Sequence record: MG383452
Length of the DNA: 64,000 bases
Source: Escherichia phage FEC14
Direction: 5' to 3' (one strand)
This document shows positions 38,580-48,336 of this stretch, piece by piece. The notes beneath the pieces are model-generated. The model made no database searches, had not been told where the DNA came from, and saw only the letters and a program-made list of their open reading frames with translations. Position 1 is the stretch's first letter. Each line of letters starts with the position of its first letter. Made by a program: the position numbers and the translations under genes.

Positions 38580-39419
38580 TTAGCCGTTCAGCAAAGCACT
38601 GATCTGGCGACGGACGGCTTCGTTGACTTCTTTGCCAACTTCGTCTTTGTCGTCATCGTCATCGTCATCATCGTCGGCTTCACCTTCTTTCTTCGGTTTT
38701 TTACCTTCTTTGATGTCTTTTTCAGACTTGTCGCCATCCGGCTTGCCTTTTTCATTGTCTTTGCCGACTTTATCAGAGAAGTCATCTTTGCCTTCTACCA
38801 GGTTACGGAAGGTGCGCACACGGGATTCAAATTCAGACTCGGTCTGGAATTCAATACCTTCCAGCAGGTTGACAACAGTGTCTTTCTTGGTGTCAACCAT
38901 GCCTTCACAAATGCGATCAATTACGTCGGTGCGCTGGCGTTTAGTCTCGCTTTCTTTGAGCTGAGCCAACTCTGTATTAGCCATATTGGCGCGTTGTTCT
39001 GCTTCAGCAAGGCGACTGGTGAGGGCGGCAATCTGACCGTCTGGGTCAGTAGCGAAACTCACACCTGCTTCTTTCAGCACGTTGGAGAAACCAGTGAGGA
39101 AGCGTTCAGCAGCTTCAGTTTTGATCTGAGCGTCAATAGCTGGGGCATTTTTGTTAGCCCATTCTTCAACCACCGCGTTGAGGAATGAGTCAACTTTCCC
39201 AGCCAATTGCAGAATGAAATTTTCTTTCAGGTCGGCGATTTCTTTCTGGTGAGATTCTACCAAATTCAGGCGCTCGACGTTGCCAGCTGCTTCGGTTTCT
39301 TGGATAGCTTTCAGACGAGCCGCTTCAACTTTCGATTCCAGCAAATTGGATACTTTATCCAGGAAATCTGGGCTGATGCCGTTAACGCCTTCAAACAGAT
39401 TTTGCAATTCAGGTTTCAT
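38580..39419 (-). CDS. 22: prohead core scaffold protein gp22
   Basis: Position between gp21 and gp23, helical Ala/Glu-rich sequence, poly-Asp acidic tail (DDDDDDDDKDE), size near T4 gp22. Confidence 0.7.
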   Translation of the reverse strand: MKPELQNLFEGVNGISPDFLDKVSNLLESKVEAARLKAIQETEAAGNVERLNLVESHQKEIADLKENFILQLAGKVDSFLNAVVEEWANKNAPAIDAQIKTEAAERFLTGFSNVLKEAGVSFATDPDGQIAALTSRLAEAEQRANMANTELAQLKESETKRQRTDVIDRICEGMVDTKKDTVVNLLEGIEFQTESEFESRVRTFRNLVEGKDDFSDKVGKDNEKGKPDGDKSEKDIKEGKKPKKEGEADDDDDDDDDKDEVGKEVNEAVRRQISALLNG

Positions 39420-39447
39420 GATAGTTTCCTTCTGAACGATTTTTCAG

Positions 39448-39454
39448 TATTTAG
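39448..39454 (-). promoter_or_regulatory. candidate late promoter CTAAATA (minus-strand sense) about 30 nt upstream of gp22
   Basis: Motif recurs upstream of several late structural genes. Confidence 0.45.
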
Positions 39455-39465
39455 TGAGCTGAAAT

Positions 39466-40134
39466 TCAGCCCAGATGATTCAATGCTGCATCAAGGCGGC
39501 GCAGGAAATCGTCTTCAACCTGGATATTGGTTTTCACCAACTGGTCTACAACTTTCCCTTTAACATCACGAGGCATCCAAATACCCGAAGCCTCATCAAG
39601 CTGCCATTCAACAGATTCACTCACAGCCTTAACATAACAAACTTGTCCAGAAGGACGGTCGACTGCATCAACAGCGGTGAGCATAAAGCCAGGCTGAACG
39701 TCATCATAACCGTTTACTGACTTGGTCTCACCCAGGCCACGTGTAGACACGGCCAGATTGAAGTCTGCTTCGGCCAATGCACGTATGATTTGGCCTTTTG
39801 GTGTATTTAAAATTCGCGCCCGACCGATGGCATTAGTGCCTTCCCAGCGAAGGGATTCGGTTTTGAGCGCTGCTTCCACCAGATTAGGGAAAGGATAGTC
39901 AGGATGTGTGACTTCACCGATTGCGCGACGATCTTGGATATACTCTTTGTCGTATGCTTCGACAGCAGGAATACCCACTTTCTGCAGATCATAGTTACGC
40001 CCGTTACGGTTGACTTGGTTACACATCACAAACGGACCTTCGATGAACATGGCCTTCCCACCAGTTGAGGTTGTGGCCTCACCGATTTGAAGATCCTTCC
40101 CTATCGCTGTGATCTCACGCAACAGTTTCATCAT
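39466..40134 (-). CDS. 21: prohead protease gp21
   Basis: Size (222 aa vs 212 in T4) and position between gp68 and gp22. Confidence 0.75.
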   Translation of the reverse strand: MMKLLREITAIGKDLQIGEATTSTGGKAMFIEGPFVMCNQVNRNGRNYDLQKVGIPAVEAYDKEYIQDRRAIGEVTHPDYPFPNLVEAALKTESLRWEGTNAIGRARILNTPKGQIIRALAEADFNLAVSTRGLGETKSVNGYDDVQPGFMLTAVDAVDRPSGQVCYVKAVSESVEWQLDEASGIWMPRDVKGKVVDQLVKTNIQVEDDFLRRLDAALNHLG

Positions 40135-40141
40135 AAACTCC

Positions 40142-40459
40142 TTACTTGTTCTTACTCAGTCCCATCATTTTGCGGAACTTCATAGCCTTTTTCTTGCGGC
40201 GCTCGATTTTACGTTGATAGCCCATTCCCATACGCTTTTTAGAGCGGAGAGCTTTGCGGTTGCCGATCTTGCGAACACGACGTTCGCTGGCGTCCATAAC
40301 TTCACAACGTGAACCATCAGCCGACAATTTGAACCCAGGGGCACATTTCAAGCGGCGGCGGCGTTTACCACGAGCGTTCACTTTATCGATGACTCGCTGC
40401 TCGTCCATACGAGAGGCCAGGAAATCAGCGAACGTGGCGATCTCTGTGATTTCCATCAT
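40142..40459 (-). CDS. 68: prohead core protein gp68-like (basic C-terminus)
   Basis: Position between portal and protease; highly basic C-terminal half. Confidence 0.45.
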   Translation of the reverse strand: MMEITEIATFADFLASRMDEQRVIDKVNARGKRRRRLKCAPGFKLSADGSRCEVMDASERRVRKIGNRKALRSKKRMGMGYQRKIERRKKKAMKFRKMMGLSKNK

Positions 40460-40466
40460 GCATCTC

Positions 40467-40638
40467 CTTACTGGCCGTTGTTGTTTGAATTCATATCAGC
40501 TGCGATAGAATCCAGAACATATGCTGTGCCTTGGTTTAATAGTTCTTGACTACGTGCATCAAGTTCCATGTTGCATTCTGCAACAGCAGTTTCAGTGTCA
40601 CCGTCAATTACTGCACGAACGATATCAATTGCGCTCAT
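40467..40638 (-). CDS. 67: prohead core protein gp67-like small ORF (about 56 aa), not in the supplied track
   Basis: Hand translation MSAIDIVRAVIDGDTETAVAE... preceded by GGAGA RBS and a CTAAATA motif; boundaries approximate. Confidence 0.4.
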
Positions 40639-40665
40639 GATTTTGATCTCCGAATTAATTTTCTA

Positions 40666-40672
40666 TATTTAG
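40666..40672 (-). promoter_or_regulatory. candidate late promoter CTAAATA upstream of the gp67-like ORF
   Basis: Motif about 28 nt upstream of ATG. Confidence 0.4.
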
Positions 40673-40679
40673 TTGAACT

Positions 40680-42362
40680 TTAAATACTATCGTCTGTTGA
40701 ACCGGAGAATGGGATAGTCTCAGGTTTAAACTTCAACGGACTAACATCTGAACCGCTATAATTGCCAGTTTCATCTGCTTGAACCTTCGGATAGAGACCT
40801 TTCTTCTTCTCTTCCGCGATCTTCGTTTGTTGTTCTTTAACTTCTTCATCAGACATACGCAATACATTTCTCATGACGTAGTCTATGGAGAAAATGGAAC
40901 CAACAAATGGCTCAACAGTGTTCAATGAAGCCAGACGATCATTCAAGATAGCGTTTTCTTGTTGTTCACGAATGTAACTATCGGATGTGAATTCAAACTT
41001 TATAAACGGTTTGATCTTCTCATTCCAATCCTTTTCATCCGTAACGCCTTTCAAAATTAACTGGCGGCGCAAGAATTCCATGAAGAAATGGGAGTAACGG
41101 CGTCGTAACCCAGCACAGAACTTGCTGAAGCGCAGCTCTTCCTGTGTAATCTCCGCAAGGTTAGAACCCCCAATGTTAATAGATCCTTCCTCTTGGAGGC
41201 GGCTCTTAGGGATCATTAGAGCATCATAGAGTTTTTCACGGAAATAGTTCACGTGATCCATTTCGCCCAATTGATTCCCACCCCCAACAGTCGCAATCTC
41301 TGTAGCATTCTGACCTTCGCGGCGCGGCAACCAATAATCCTCTGCAATACCCATAAGATGGGCATTACCTGTTATCTTACCAGTGGTGCGGTCATATGCG
41401 TTGCGGTTTTTGAATTTACCCATCATCATGGTCATGTATTCTTCAGCAGATTTCTTACCGAGAGTACCGACGTCAAGATAGAATGCGCGTTTCTCAGGGG
41501 CGCGAGTGATGGCATAAATTACAGTCGCATCTTCAGTCGTAACCAGGTTGTTCAACGGACGGATAGCAGGATTTAAAAGGCCTGGGACAATACCATTGGC
41601 CAATGGCTCTTCACCACTATCGATGTAAACAATGCTTTCGTCATCGAATACGAGTTCTTGCTGTGAAGGCTGGAAGTTCTGGGAAGTACCAGATTGGCCA
41701 GTGAATTGGTTTCGATTATAATTCGGGTTGTAATAATACTTCAATGTTACAGATTCTATTGCTTCAATACCGCCTTCACGCATCGCCTTCTCAACGATAT
41801 AGACAGGACGAATGCAACGAGAATCAAGCATAACCAATTTCTTGATCCCGCCTTTTTTATTCGTGGGATCAACGATGACATGATATGCTTGTCGACCGTC
41901 AACATACCATTTCCGGATCTTCTGATATGCTGTATTGTCAAAGTCCATCAAGTGCATAACTTCTTTGAAGCATTCGGTGATAGATTCTTTAACAGTATCA
42001 GATATCCCTTCAACTTTGTCAAGGTTTACTGTCACTGGAGTTTCATCTTCCTCACAGGTGACAACGTCATTAACAATGATGTCCACAGCTTTGCGGATTT
42101 CTGGCTGCTGGGCCATGGACTGATATTCTTCCACAACTGTTTTAACGCTGAGAAGTTCACTCTCAACGCCAACATAGTTGTAGGTGTTTGCACCGCCCTG
42201 AAGGATTATAGAACCGTCTTGAGCATCGTCCAGAGCAACAACTGTCGCCTTGGTGAGCAACAATTCATCTTGTTTTTGGGCTAACTTATCGGTGTCGACT
42301 TTGGCATTGACTAAACCGCCGCCGCCAAACAAACCGAAGAACCCTGTGCCGTATCCAGCCAT
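40680..42362 (-). CDS. 20: portal vertex protein gp20
   Basis: 560 aa; position between tail tube gp19 and prohead core genes as in T4. Confidence 0.85.
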   Translation of the reverse strand: MAGYGTGFFGLFGGGGLVNAKVDTDKLAQKQDELLLTKATVVALDDAQDGSIILQGGANTYNYVGVESELLSVKTVVEEYQSMAQQPEIRKAVDIIVNDVVTCEEDETPVTVNLDKVEGISDTVKESITECFKEVMHLMDFDNTAYQKIRKWYVDGRQAYHVIVDPTNKKGGIKKLVMLDSRCIRPVYIVEKAMREGGIEAIESVTLKYYYNPNYNRNQFTGQSGTSQNFQPSQQELVFDDESIVYIDSGEEPLANGIVPGLLNPAIRPLNNLVTTEDATVIYAITRAPEKRAFYLDVGTLGKKSAEEYMTMMMGKFKNRNAYDRTTGKITGNAHLMGIAEDYWLPRREGQNATEIATVGGGNQLGEMDHVNYFREKLYDALMIPKSRLQEEGSINIGGSNLAEITQEELRFSKFCAGLRRRYSHFFMEFLRRQLILKGVTDEKDWNEKIKPFIKFEFTSDSYIREQQENAILNDRLASLNTVEPFVGSIFSIDYVMRNVLRMSDEEVKEQQTKIAEEKKKGLYPKVQADETGNYSGSDVSPLKFKPETIPFSGSTDDSI

Positions 42363-42396
42363 GATCTAAGTCCTCAACATTTTCTTGTAATTAGTG

Positions 42397-42416
42397 AGGG
42401 GGAATAACATTCCCCC
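42397..42416 (-). promoter_or_regulatory. strong hairpin GGGGGAAT-loop-ATTCCCCC between gp19 and gp20
   Basis: Perfect 8-bp GC-rich inverted repeat; no clear U-run, so may be a processing or attenuation element, not a terminator. Confidence 0.35.
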
Positions 42417-42429
42417 AGCACCGAGGACA

Positions 42430-42963
42430 TTACAATGACTTGTCAGAAACGGCTTGGAAATAACGCAAGTCGACAGTGAACTGTGTGTAAGAGTCCATTG
42501 CCGACATATCGAGTTCCAATTGGCCGAGGTTTTGAGGCCAGCCACCCTGCAAAGTCCATGTCTTAGTCACGTTGTCATTCGCGTCCAGAAGTTCCATGAT
42601 GATATCACGGAAATAATCATCTGGATTCGCGCTGGCGCGGTTGTTTTCACTACCGTTGATGAATTGCTGCCACACTTCAAAAGCATTGTATGGAGCGTTG
42701 TTCACCACGTTAATGAACGTCACAGGAAGCGCTTCGAAACGACGATCCCCTGGGAACGGAAGTTCACGACCACCCCAGGGCACCAGAATTTCGCCCAGCT
42801 GACCTGTTGGGGTGTTGGTGGTTACAGCCAGCAAGGACACGTCACGAATTGTGTCGGAACCAGCAACAAAAGAAGGAAAGTTTACAGTCACACGCCAGCG
42901 GTGTTGGCGTTGTACGCCGCCCCCTCGTGACATGGCTGCGCGAAACTCATTGACTGTCGCCAT
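42430..42963 (-). CDS. 19: tail tube protein gp19
   Basis: 177 aa, position between sheath and portal. Confidence 0.75.
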   Translation of the reverse strand: MATVNEFRAAMSRGGGVQRQHRWRVTVNFPSFVAGSDTIRDVSLLAVTTNTPTGQLGEILVPWGGRELPFPGDRRFEALPVTFINVVNNAPYNAFEVWQQFINGSENNRASANPDDYFRDIIMELLDANDNVTKTWTLQGGWPQNLGQLELDMSAMDSYTQFTVDLRYFQAVSDKSL

Positions 42964-42993
42964 TTTTATATCTCCAAATAAGAGTACACAATT

Positions 42994-43452
42994 CTAATTA
43001 GTCGTCAATCTTTTAATCTTCATGGAAGAAAGATCGAAACCATGATGAACATTACTTGAAACAGGTTCGATTTCACACAATTCCCAACGGGGATCTATGA
43101 GAGAAACAAGACCAATGTGTTCACCTGTGGATGTCAATTTTGCTGCAGTTTTACCCAGCATATGACTTCCATCATTACCGCCTTTATTCATGTTGTAACC
43201 CATCTCATAAGAATTATATTGAGCGATGAGTTGCTTCTCTAATTCCCATTTATGGACTTCATCGGTCTGAGCAATTACAACGAAAGTAAATCCAGATGTT
43301 CCATACTTACGCATAGCATCATACAATTCACTTTGGACTCCATGATGAAAAGCATTCGCAAAATGCTGATCATATCTTCGTTGTGGGTCATTGGTCACAC
43401 CGATGTAGACCTTTCCATTAGTTATCGTTTCAATTTTGTATGCGTATATCAT
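42994..43452 (-). CDS. GIY-YIG homing endonuclease (free-standing)
   Basis: N-terminal IYAYKIE...GKVYIGVT...RRYDQH is a canonical GIY-YIG motif; inserted between gp18 and gp19. Confidence 0.8.
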   Translation of the reverse strand: MIYAYKIETITNGKVYIGVTNDPQRRYDQHFANAFHHGVQSELYDAMRKYGTSGFTFVVIAQTDEVHKWELEKQLIAQYNSYEMGYNMNKGGNDGSHMLGKTAAKLTSTGEHIGLVSLIDPRWELCEIEPVSSNVHHGFDLSSMKIKRLTTN

Positions 43453-43482
43453 TCAATAACTCAAATCAATAAGACAAAGGAA

Positions 43483-43502
43483 AACCCCGCCGAAGCGGGG
43501 TT
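43483..43502 (-). terminator. intrinsic terminator AACCCCGCCGAAGCGGGGTT 3' of gp18
   Basis: Same 20-mer hairpin as after gp23; followed by T-rich tract on the minus strand. Confidence 0.6.
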
Positions 43503-43510
43503 GGTCATTT

Positions 43511-45406
43511 TTATGAAGCAGCAACGATGCCGCCACCGGATTCGATTTCGCTGAACTCCATATCTGGTCGAACTGCAGCAAAATCCAAATAAATCCAGTT
43601 AATGCTGTACTCAGGCTTCAACCAAATACCAGCAACCATTTGGTTTGCCGCAATGATATCAGCAGTGTTGTTGTCTTCATCACATTTGACTTTACCATCG
43701 TAAATCGCGCCCATATTTGCCAGCTGGCGAATATATGGACGAACCGCATTGCTGAACAGACCACGTGTAAACGCGTCATTGTTCTCACCAAGATAGTATT
43801 TGGCGATTGCGGCGATGTTCTGCTCAGCCATGATGAACAGGCCACGAACGTTGATACGGTCAAACGCCGACGGGCGGGTCAGGCCAGTTTTGTCACCATA
43901 CAGGACGATGCCTTCATTGGAGAAGGTTACGATGCTGTTGATCTGGTTGCGGTACAACACAGCACGTTCATCAGAAGATGCAGACCACGCCATTCGATTA
44001 TAGTTGTTGTATTTACCACGGTTGTGGAACGCCGGAGATTTGTAGATACCCGCGATTTCAATGCTTCGCGCCCAAACACCTGCGGTGCCACCACAAGCCG
44101 GAATCCAACGCATTTTGTCGTTGTACTTGTCGTACACATATGCCCAGTTATCATCCATGAAGAAATAAGAAGAGTCGCGAACAAGGCTTTCACGCCAAGC
44201 AACGACATCATCCATTTCACGACCACGGTTGCCAACAACCGTATCACGGAGCGGGGATACGAAAGATACCGTATCTTTTCGCTCAGTAGATAAGTCGATC
44301 AATGCTTGTTGCTCAATCAGTTCTTCACAGTACGCAAATACTGGCTTCGCATCATATGCTTCAGCATTGTTCAAGACTTGGATAGCTGCCACGCGGTTGA
44401 TGTTATAATCGTCTACGCCGCCTTCTAATTCAACAACACCTGCGGCCAGAGCGGTAGCGAAGGTGTACACCCAATTTGATGTATCATTGATGACATCTTT
44501 GAAGTACGCATTCGCGCCATCGGACTTTTTGGAACCCTGTGTGTTCTGCATGAGTTCGTATTTTTCGATAATAGAACCAGATGCGCCAACAGTGGTAATC
44601 ACGGCGGTTGCAGTCAGCCCCTTATCATCTGGAACAATAGCAGTAACTGTCTGGGGACCAATAGCTTTATGGGTCACGATGACAGTGTTGGACTTCACGA
44701 CAACAGAAGAATAAACACTTGTCAGGGAAGTTAGTGCTGTACCGATTTTGGTTGCCAAATCGGCTGGAGTATCAGTATCCAGATATGCGATATCTTCACC
44801 TGCCACACTGATGGTGCCAGCAGCAGTAGCCGTACCAGAAACGGAGATACGGTCAACCTGACCGACCGCGCCAGCAGAGTCGGTAATGCGACCAACTTTG
44901 TCTACGACAACTACATGGAATTCACCAGACTGAGGTGCGTATGCAAAGTTATTACGGAATTCCCAAGTTGAGAATCCAGCAGCATCACAAACATTGATAG
45001 CAATATCATTACCCAGGGAACCTGGATAACGACCAGTCCAAGTGATGGACGCCGAAGGACTTGCTGTTTCAAAATCCAGTTTGTTTTTGATCGCAATCGC
45101 TGTCTGACCTTTGGTAACAGAGTTCTTGGCCAGAGGACCAACAACACGGGTCACCCATGCCATAGAGCTGTAAGACAAAAAGTCCGCGATTACGAGAAAA
45201 TCGGTCGCAGTACTGTCGTTGGGTTTGAAGAATTTCTTCACCAAACCTGTCTCACCACCAGTCACCAGCACTGGAAGTTCAACTTCACCCCATTGAAATT
45301 TTCCGACGGTCGCGCCCTGAACAACAACGGACGGGGACGTCTGAAGCGTGGCATCACGCTCAGTCCACTGAACGGACGGCGCAACGCTGAAGCTTTGAGT
45401 TGCCAT
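43511..45406 (-). CDS. 18: tail sheath protein gp18
   Basis: GKFQWG motif near N-terminus matches T4 gp18; true start taken as internal ATG (MATQSF) with GAAGGAA RBS, since the track start at 45439 appears to be a non-ATG codon. Confidence 0.9.
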   Translation of the reverse strand: MATQSFSVAPSVQWTERDATLQTSPSVVVQGATVGKFQWGEVELPVLVTGGETGLVKKFFKPNDSTATDFLVIADFLSYSSMAWVTRVVGPLAKNSVTKGQTAIAIKNKLDFETASPSASITWTGRYPGSLGNDIAINVCDAAGFSTWEFRNNFAYAPQSGEFHVVVVDKVGRITDSAGAVGQVDRISVSGTATAAGTISVAGEDIAYLDTDTPADLATKIGTALTSLTSVYSSVVVKSNTVIVTHKAIGPQTVTAIVPDDKGLTATAVITTVGASGSIIEKYELMQNTQGSKKSDGANAYFKDVINDTSNWVYTFATALAAGVVELEGGVDDYNINRVAAIQVLNNAEAYDAKPVFAYCEELIEQQALIDLSTERKDTVSFVSPLRDTVVGNRGREMDDVVAWRESLVRDSSYFFMDDNWAYVYDKYNDKMRWIPACGGTAGVWARSIEIAGIYKSPAFHNRGKYNNYNRMAWSASSDERAVLYRNQINSIVTFSNEGIVLYGDKTGLTRPSAFDRINVRGLFIMAEQNIAAIAKYYLGENNDAFTRGLFSNAVRPYIRQLANMGAIYDGKVKCDEDNNTADIIAANQMVAGIWLKPEYSINWIYLDFAAVRPDMEFSEIESGGGIVAAS

Positions 45407-45448
45407 AATATCATTCCTTCTCGGTAGAGTTTCGCTCAATTTGAAAGA

Positions 45449-45455
45449 TATTTAG
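45449..45455 (-). promoter_or_regulatory. candidate late promoter CTAAATA upstream of gp18
   Basis: Motif about 40 nt upstream of the proposed gp18 ATG, just after the gp17 stop. Confidence 0.45.
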
Positions 45456-45458
45456 TGA

Positions 45459-47669
45459 TCAATTCTTAAACCACTCATCCATGGTCATCCCTGACATTTC
45501 GTTGAAAACTTGAATACCCCCGAAACCAGGCAAATGCTCAGTTTCGGATGGGGTGTCTCCAACGACTAAACCACCAAATGGGAATACCTGCTGAGATTCA
45601 GTTGAAGACATTCGGTTTCTCATGTCCTGAGAAATACTTGTAGATGTCAAATCACTGAACCATTCTTGTTTAACTGCCCAAGAATATAAGACCAACGGCA
45701 TGACACAGTCATCGTGACAACCGTCATCGGCTTCATACCGAGCGCCTTTGAACACAAATGTACTGAGTTCATCTATCGTGTCCTGGTCTTCTATCACCAA
45801 CATTTCTTTCTCAATGAGCGCTTTCAGGTTAGCACAACCGATAGATCGGACTTTTCTGTTGGTATTGATACCAGGTTCCGGTTTACGTCCACCAATCCGT
45901 TTCCCCGTCCCTTTGTTATCTGTTGATGTGAATATGATTTCTGGATATTCTATCTCTTGATAAAGAATTGTAATAACCTGACCGCCGACGTCGTTGTTTG
46001 TTTCAACAAGGACAGGGCATTCCCCGTATTCGGTGCACATATCAGCTATCGTGTATGCATACATCATAGGAGGTATCGTGTTATTCCTGTACTTGGCTGC
46101 TATAACATGCGGATATTCAGTTATATCCAGAATTGTTAAGACGGAATAATCTCCTTCCACCCCCTTCCCAGTGTCCGCAATCCCAAAGTAGAGACGTTGT
46201 GGGTCGTATTCCTTATAAATCTTGGTGAATTCATTAGGTTCCCGATACAACTTGGACGTCATTTTATCTAAGCATTTGGCCGGAATCAATGAACCCACGG
46301 AACCACGGAACTTAATGCCAAATTCTTGATCGAAACGAGCATCCCCCAGACGGGCACGTTGTTTGGTTTCCCAATCTGGATCTTTGGTATATGCCGGAAC
46401 CTTATACCATGGGACTTCAGTTAGGTGGAAGTCGTTGTATTGTGGATGGCGCGGATCTGCTTTGGTGACAATATCATAGAACAACCCTCGCTGGCCTTTC
46501 GGAGTACTTGTCAAAATACAGCGTGATGTATCGGCAGATGCAATGGCTGGGAAAGTTGATTCCCAAAATTCAAAGTCGTTTTCGATAAACGCGACTTCGT
46601 CAACGTACAAGAGCGATACAGAACGACCACGGATGGAGTCCGAAGACGTGGCATAAGCGTATATCTTAGAACCATTCTCAAACTCTATCAGGGTAGAACC
46701 AAACTTCTCACAACCCTGCTGAAGGAAGAATGGGAGGTCCTGATACGCCTTCCTGATACGGTCAAGAATTTCAATCGCTTGTTTCTCTTTGTTTGCCAGT
46801 ACCGCGATTTCTTTGTCTGAGTGGAACATCGCATACCAAAGAAGAAACGCAGCCACGACCGTGGTATTATGGCTGAGGAACCCATTCGTGTAATAACGTT
46901 GATCGCTGGACTTGACTTGCAAGTCATACATGTGGTGGTACTCACCAGTCTCCCAGATCTCAGAGATGAATTCTATTCCCTCCTGGGTCATTATGGCATC
47001 TCCGGCCTCCATGTCTTTAGCAAATACTTCGCGCCCATATTCATTGAAGAACATGTGCTCATCTGCGACATGAATTGTGCGTCCGGTTTCAGTCCTGACA
47101 ACGTATTCAGCGTATTCTTTCGTTTTATGAGCGGCAATAACCGGAACCCAGCCAGTGTCGGACTCAACAAAATATCGTTTCCCGAAACGGCTGTCTACAA
47201 ACTTATTGTGGTTGCCAATGGTATTCAGTGGCACAGCATGGTTCGGTCCTTCGAAGCGCTTGTGAAGCTCTTCTATGGTGAGATGCAACTCTTGTTGACT
47301 GATTGTATCATAGACATAAACAAGAGTATCACCACGGACGCATTTACCGGACTGACGAGCCTGGACGACCGCATTGAATCGATAGTCCTGAAAGTCGTGG
47401 AACAACTGCTTCTGATAATCATGCATATCGAAAAGGATAAAGCCCTTATCGATCGTGGTTATCTTGTAATAGTTGGCGGCGAAGTAGTGTGCATCCATAG
47501 AACATTCAACGAATTCGTCTTCTTGTTCATCTGTCAGCATTAACTCGACTCGAGGAGCACGCACAGAAGGTTTGCGCATGAACGTTTGGTCCATACGCAA
47601 TTTCACATCGTCTATTTTGAACCCCGTTTTAATTGGGGCATATTCTATATCACGCTTCTGATACGCCAT
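45459..47669 (-). CDS. 17: large terminase subunit gp17, interrupted by an in-frame mini-intein
   Basis: N-extein ends QARQSGK and C-extein begins TTVVAAFLL, together reconstituting Walker A (T4: SRQLGKTTVVAIFL); 736 aa total. Confidence 0.9.
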   Translation of the reverse strand: MAYQKRDIEYAPIKTGFKIDDVKLRMDQTFMRKPSVRAPRVELMLTDEQEDEFVECSMDAHYFAANYYKITTIDKGFILFDMHDYQKQLFHDFQDYRFNAVVQARQSGKCVRGDTLVYVYDTISQQELHLTIEELHKRFEGPNHAVPLNTIGNHNKFVDSRFGKRYFVESDTGWVPVIAAHKTKEYAEYVVRTETGRTIHVADEHMFFNEYGREVFAKDMEAGDAIMTQEGIEFISEIWETGEYHHMYDLQVKSSDQRYYTNGFLSHNTTVVAAFLLWYAMFHSDKEIAVLANKEKQAIEILDRIRKAYQDLPFFLQQGCEKFGSTLIEFENGSKIYAYATSSDSIRGRSVSLLYVDEVAFIENDFEFWESTFPAIASADTSRCILTSTPKGQRGLFYDIVTKADPRHPQYNDFHLTEVPWYKVPAYTKDPDWETKQRARLGDARFDQEFGIKFRGSVGSLIPAKCLDKMTSKLYREPNEFTKIYKEYDPQRLYFGIADTGKGVEGDYSVLTILDITEYPHVIAAKYRNNTIPPMMYAYTIADMCTEYGECPVLVETNNDVGGQVITILYQEIEYPEIIFTSTDNKGTGKRIGGRKPEPGINTNRKVRSIGCANLKALIEKEMLVIEDQDTIDELSTFVFKGARYEADDGCHDDCVMPLVLYSWAVKQEWFSDLTSTSISQDMRNRMSSTESQQVFPFGGLVVGDTPSETEHLPGFGGIQVFNEMSGMTMDEWFKN
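46866..47342 (-). mobile_element. mini-intein (about 159 aa) inserted in the Walker A P-loop of gp17
   Basis: Insert starts with Cys directly after GK, ends with His-Asn, followed by Thr; no homing-endonuclease domain (too short). Confidence 0.7.
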
Positions 47670-48336
47670 CGTCTTCTTCCTTCACATCAACTGTTTCACC
47701 ATCAATGATTTCATCTTCTGGTTGTTGTGCGGCCTTTGCTTGTGCTCTTTCTTCAGCGCGGCGGCGTGCATCTTCGATCGTCTTCAATAAATCGCGAGAA
47801 GATCGCGCCTTTTTCCCAACCGATACTGTTGTTGTTCCGTCTGGTGAAGTTGTAACATCCACTGTCGTGTCATCAACAGGTGGTTCTTTATCACCTGTTA
47901 CTGCCTTGATGGTTTTCTGGTTTTCCATCAAGTCTTTATTCAGACCTCGCATGAGTTCACCCAATTCACGGAAAACAGAAAATGCTCGCGGAGCTTCTGT
48001 GGATGCAGCCAATTTAGCGGCTTGTCCCATCATGAACATTGTGGCTTCTTGCATGGCATATGTTGTGTCGCGTATCCGTTTGTAATCCGTTGTAGCATCA
48101 GTGTCCGCAAACTCAGGTACTTTGGATTCCTTGGAAGCAATATCCTCCAATGAAGGCGGTTCAGGAATCGGCTGATACCCTTCCGGACGTTCACCAAACC
48201 ATTCACCTGTATTTTCATCGAAGTCAATACCTGGACGAGGGGCGACAGCCTCCATTGCCTCCTTCCCAACTTCGTCTCGGGCAGTCACCGCATCAAGTGT
48301 GGCGAGTAACCTTTCTGACATATTGCTCATGATCAA
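47650..48336 (-). CDS. 16: small terminase subunit gp16
   Basis: Located immediately upstream of and overlapping gp17; central region resembles T4 gp16. Confidence 0.65.
   Translation of the reverse strand: MIMSNMSERLLATLDAVTARDEVGKEAMEAVAPRPGIDFDENTGEWFGERPEGYQPIPEPPSLEDIASKESKVPEFADTDATTDYKRIRDTTYAMQEATMFMMGQAAKLAASTEAPRAFSVFRELGELMRGLNKDLMENQKTIKAVTGDKEPPVDDTTVDVTTSPDGTTTVSVGKKARSSRDLLKTIEDARRRAEERAQAKAAQQPEDEIIDGETVDVKEEDDGVSEA

Noticed and set aside
42363-42429. CTAATTA sequences upstream of gp19 and gp20 as late promoters
   Set aside because: They differ from the recurrent CTAAATA heptamer and occur only twice; insufficient support
43511-45439. Track start of gp18 at 45439
   Set aside because: The codon there appears to be a non-ATG start and no in-frame ATG lies upstream; the internal ATG (MATQSF) has a strong RBS and gives an N-terminus of T4-like length
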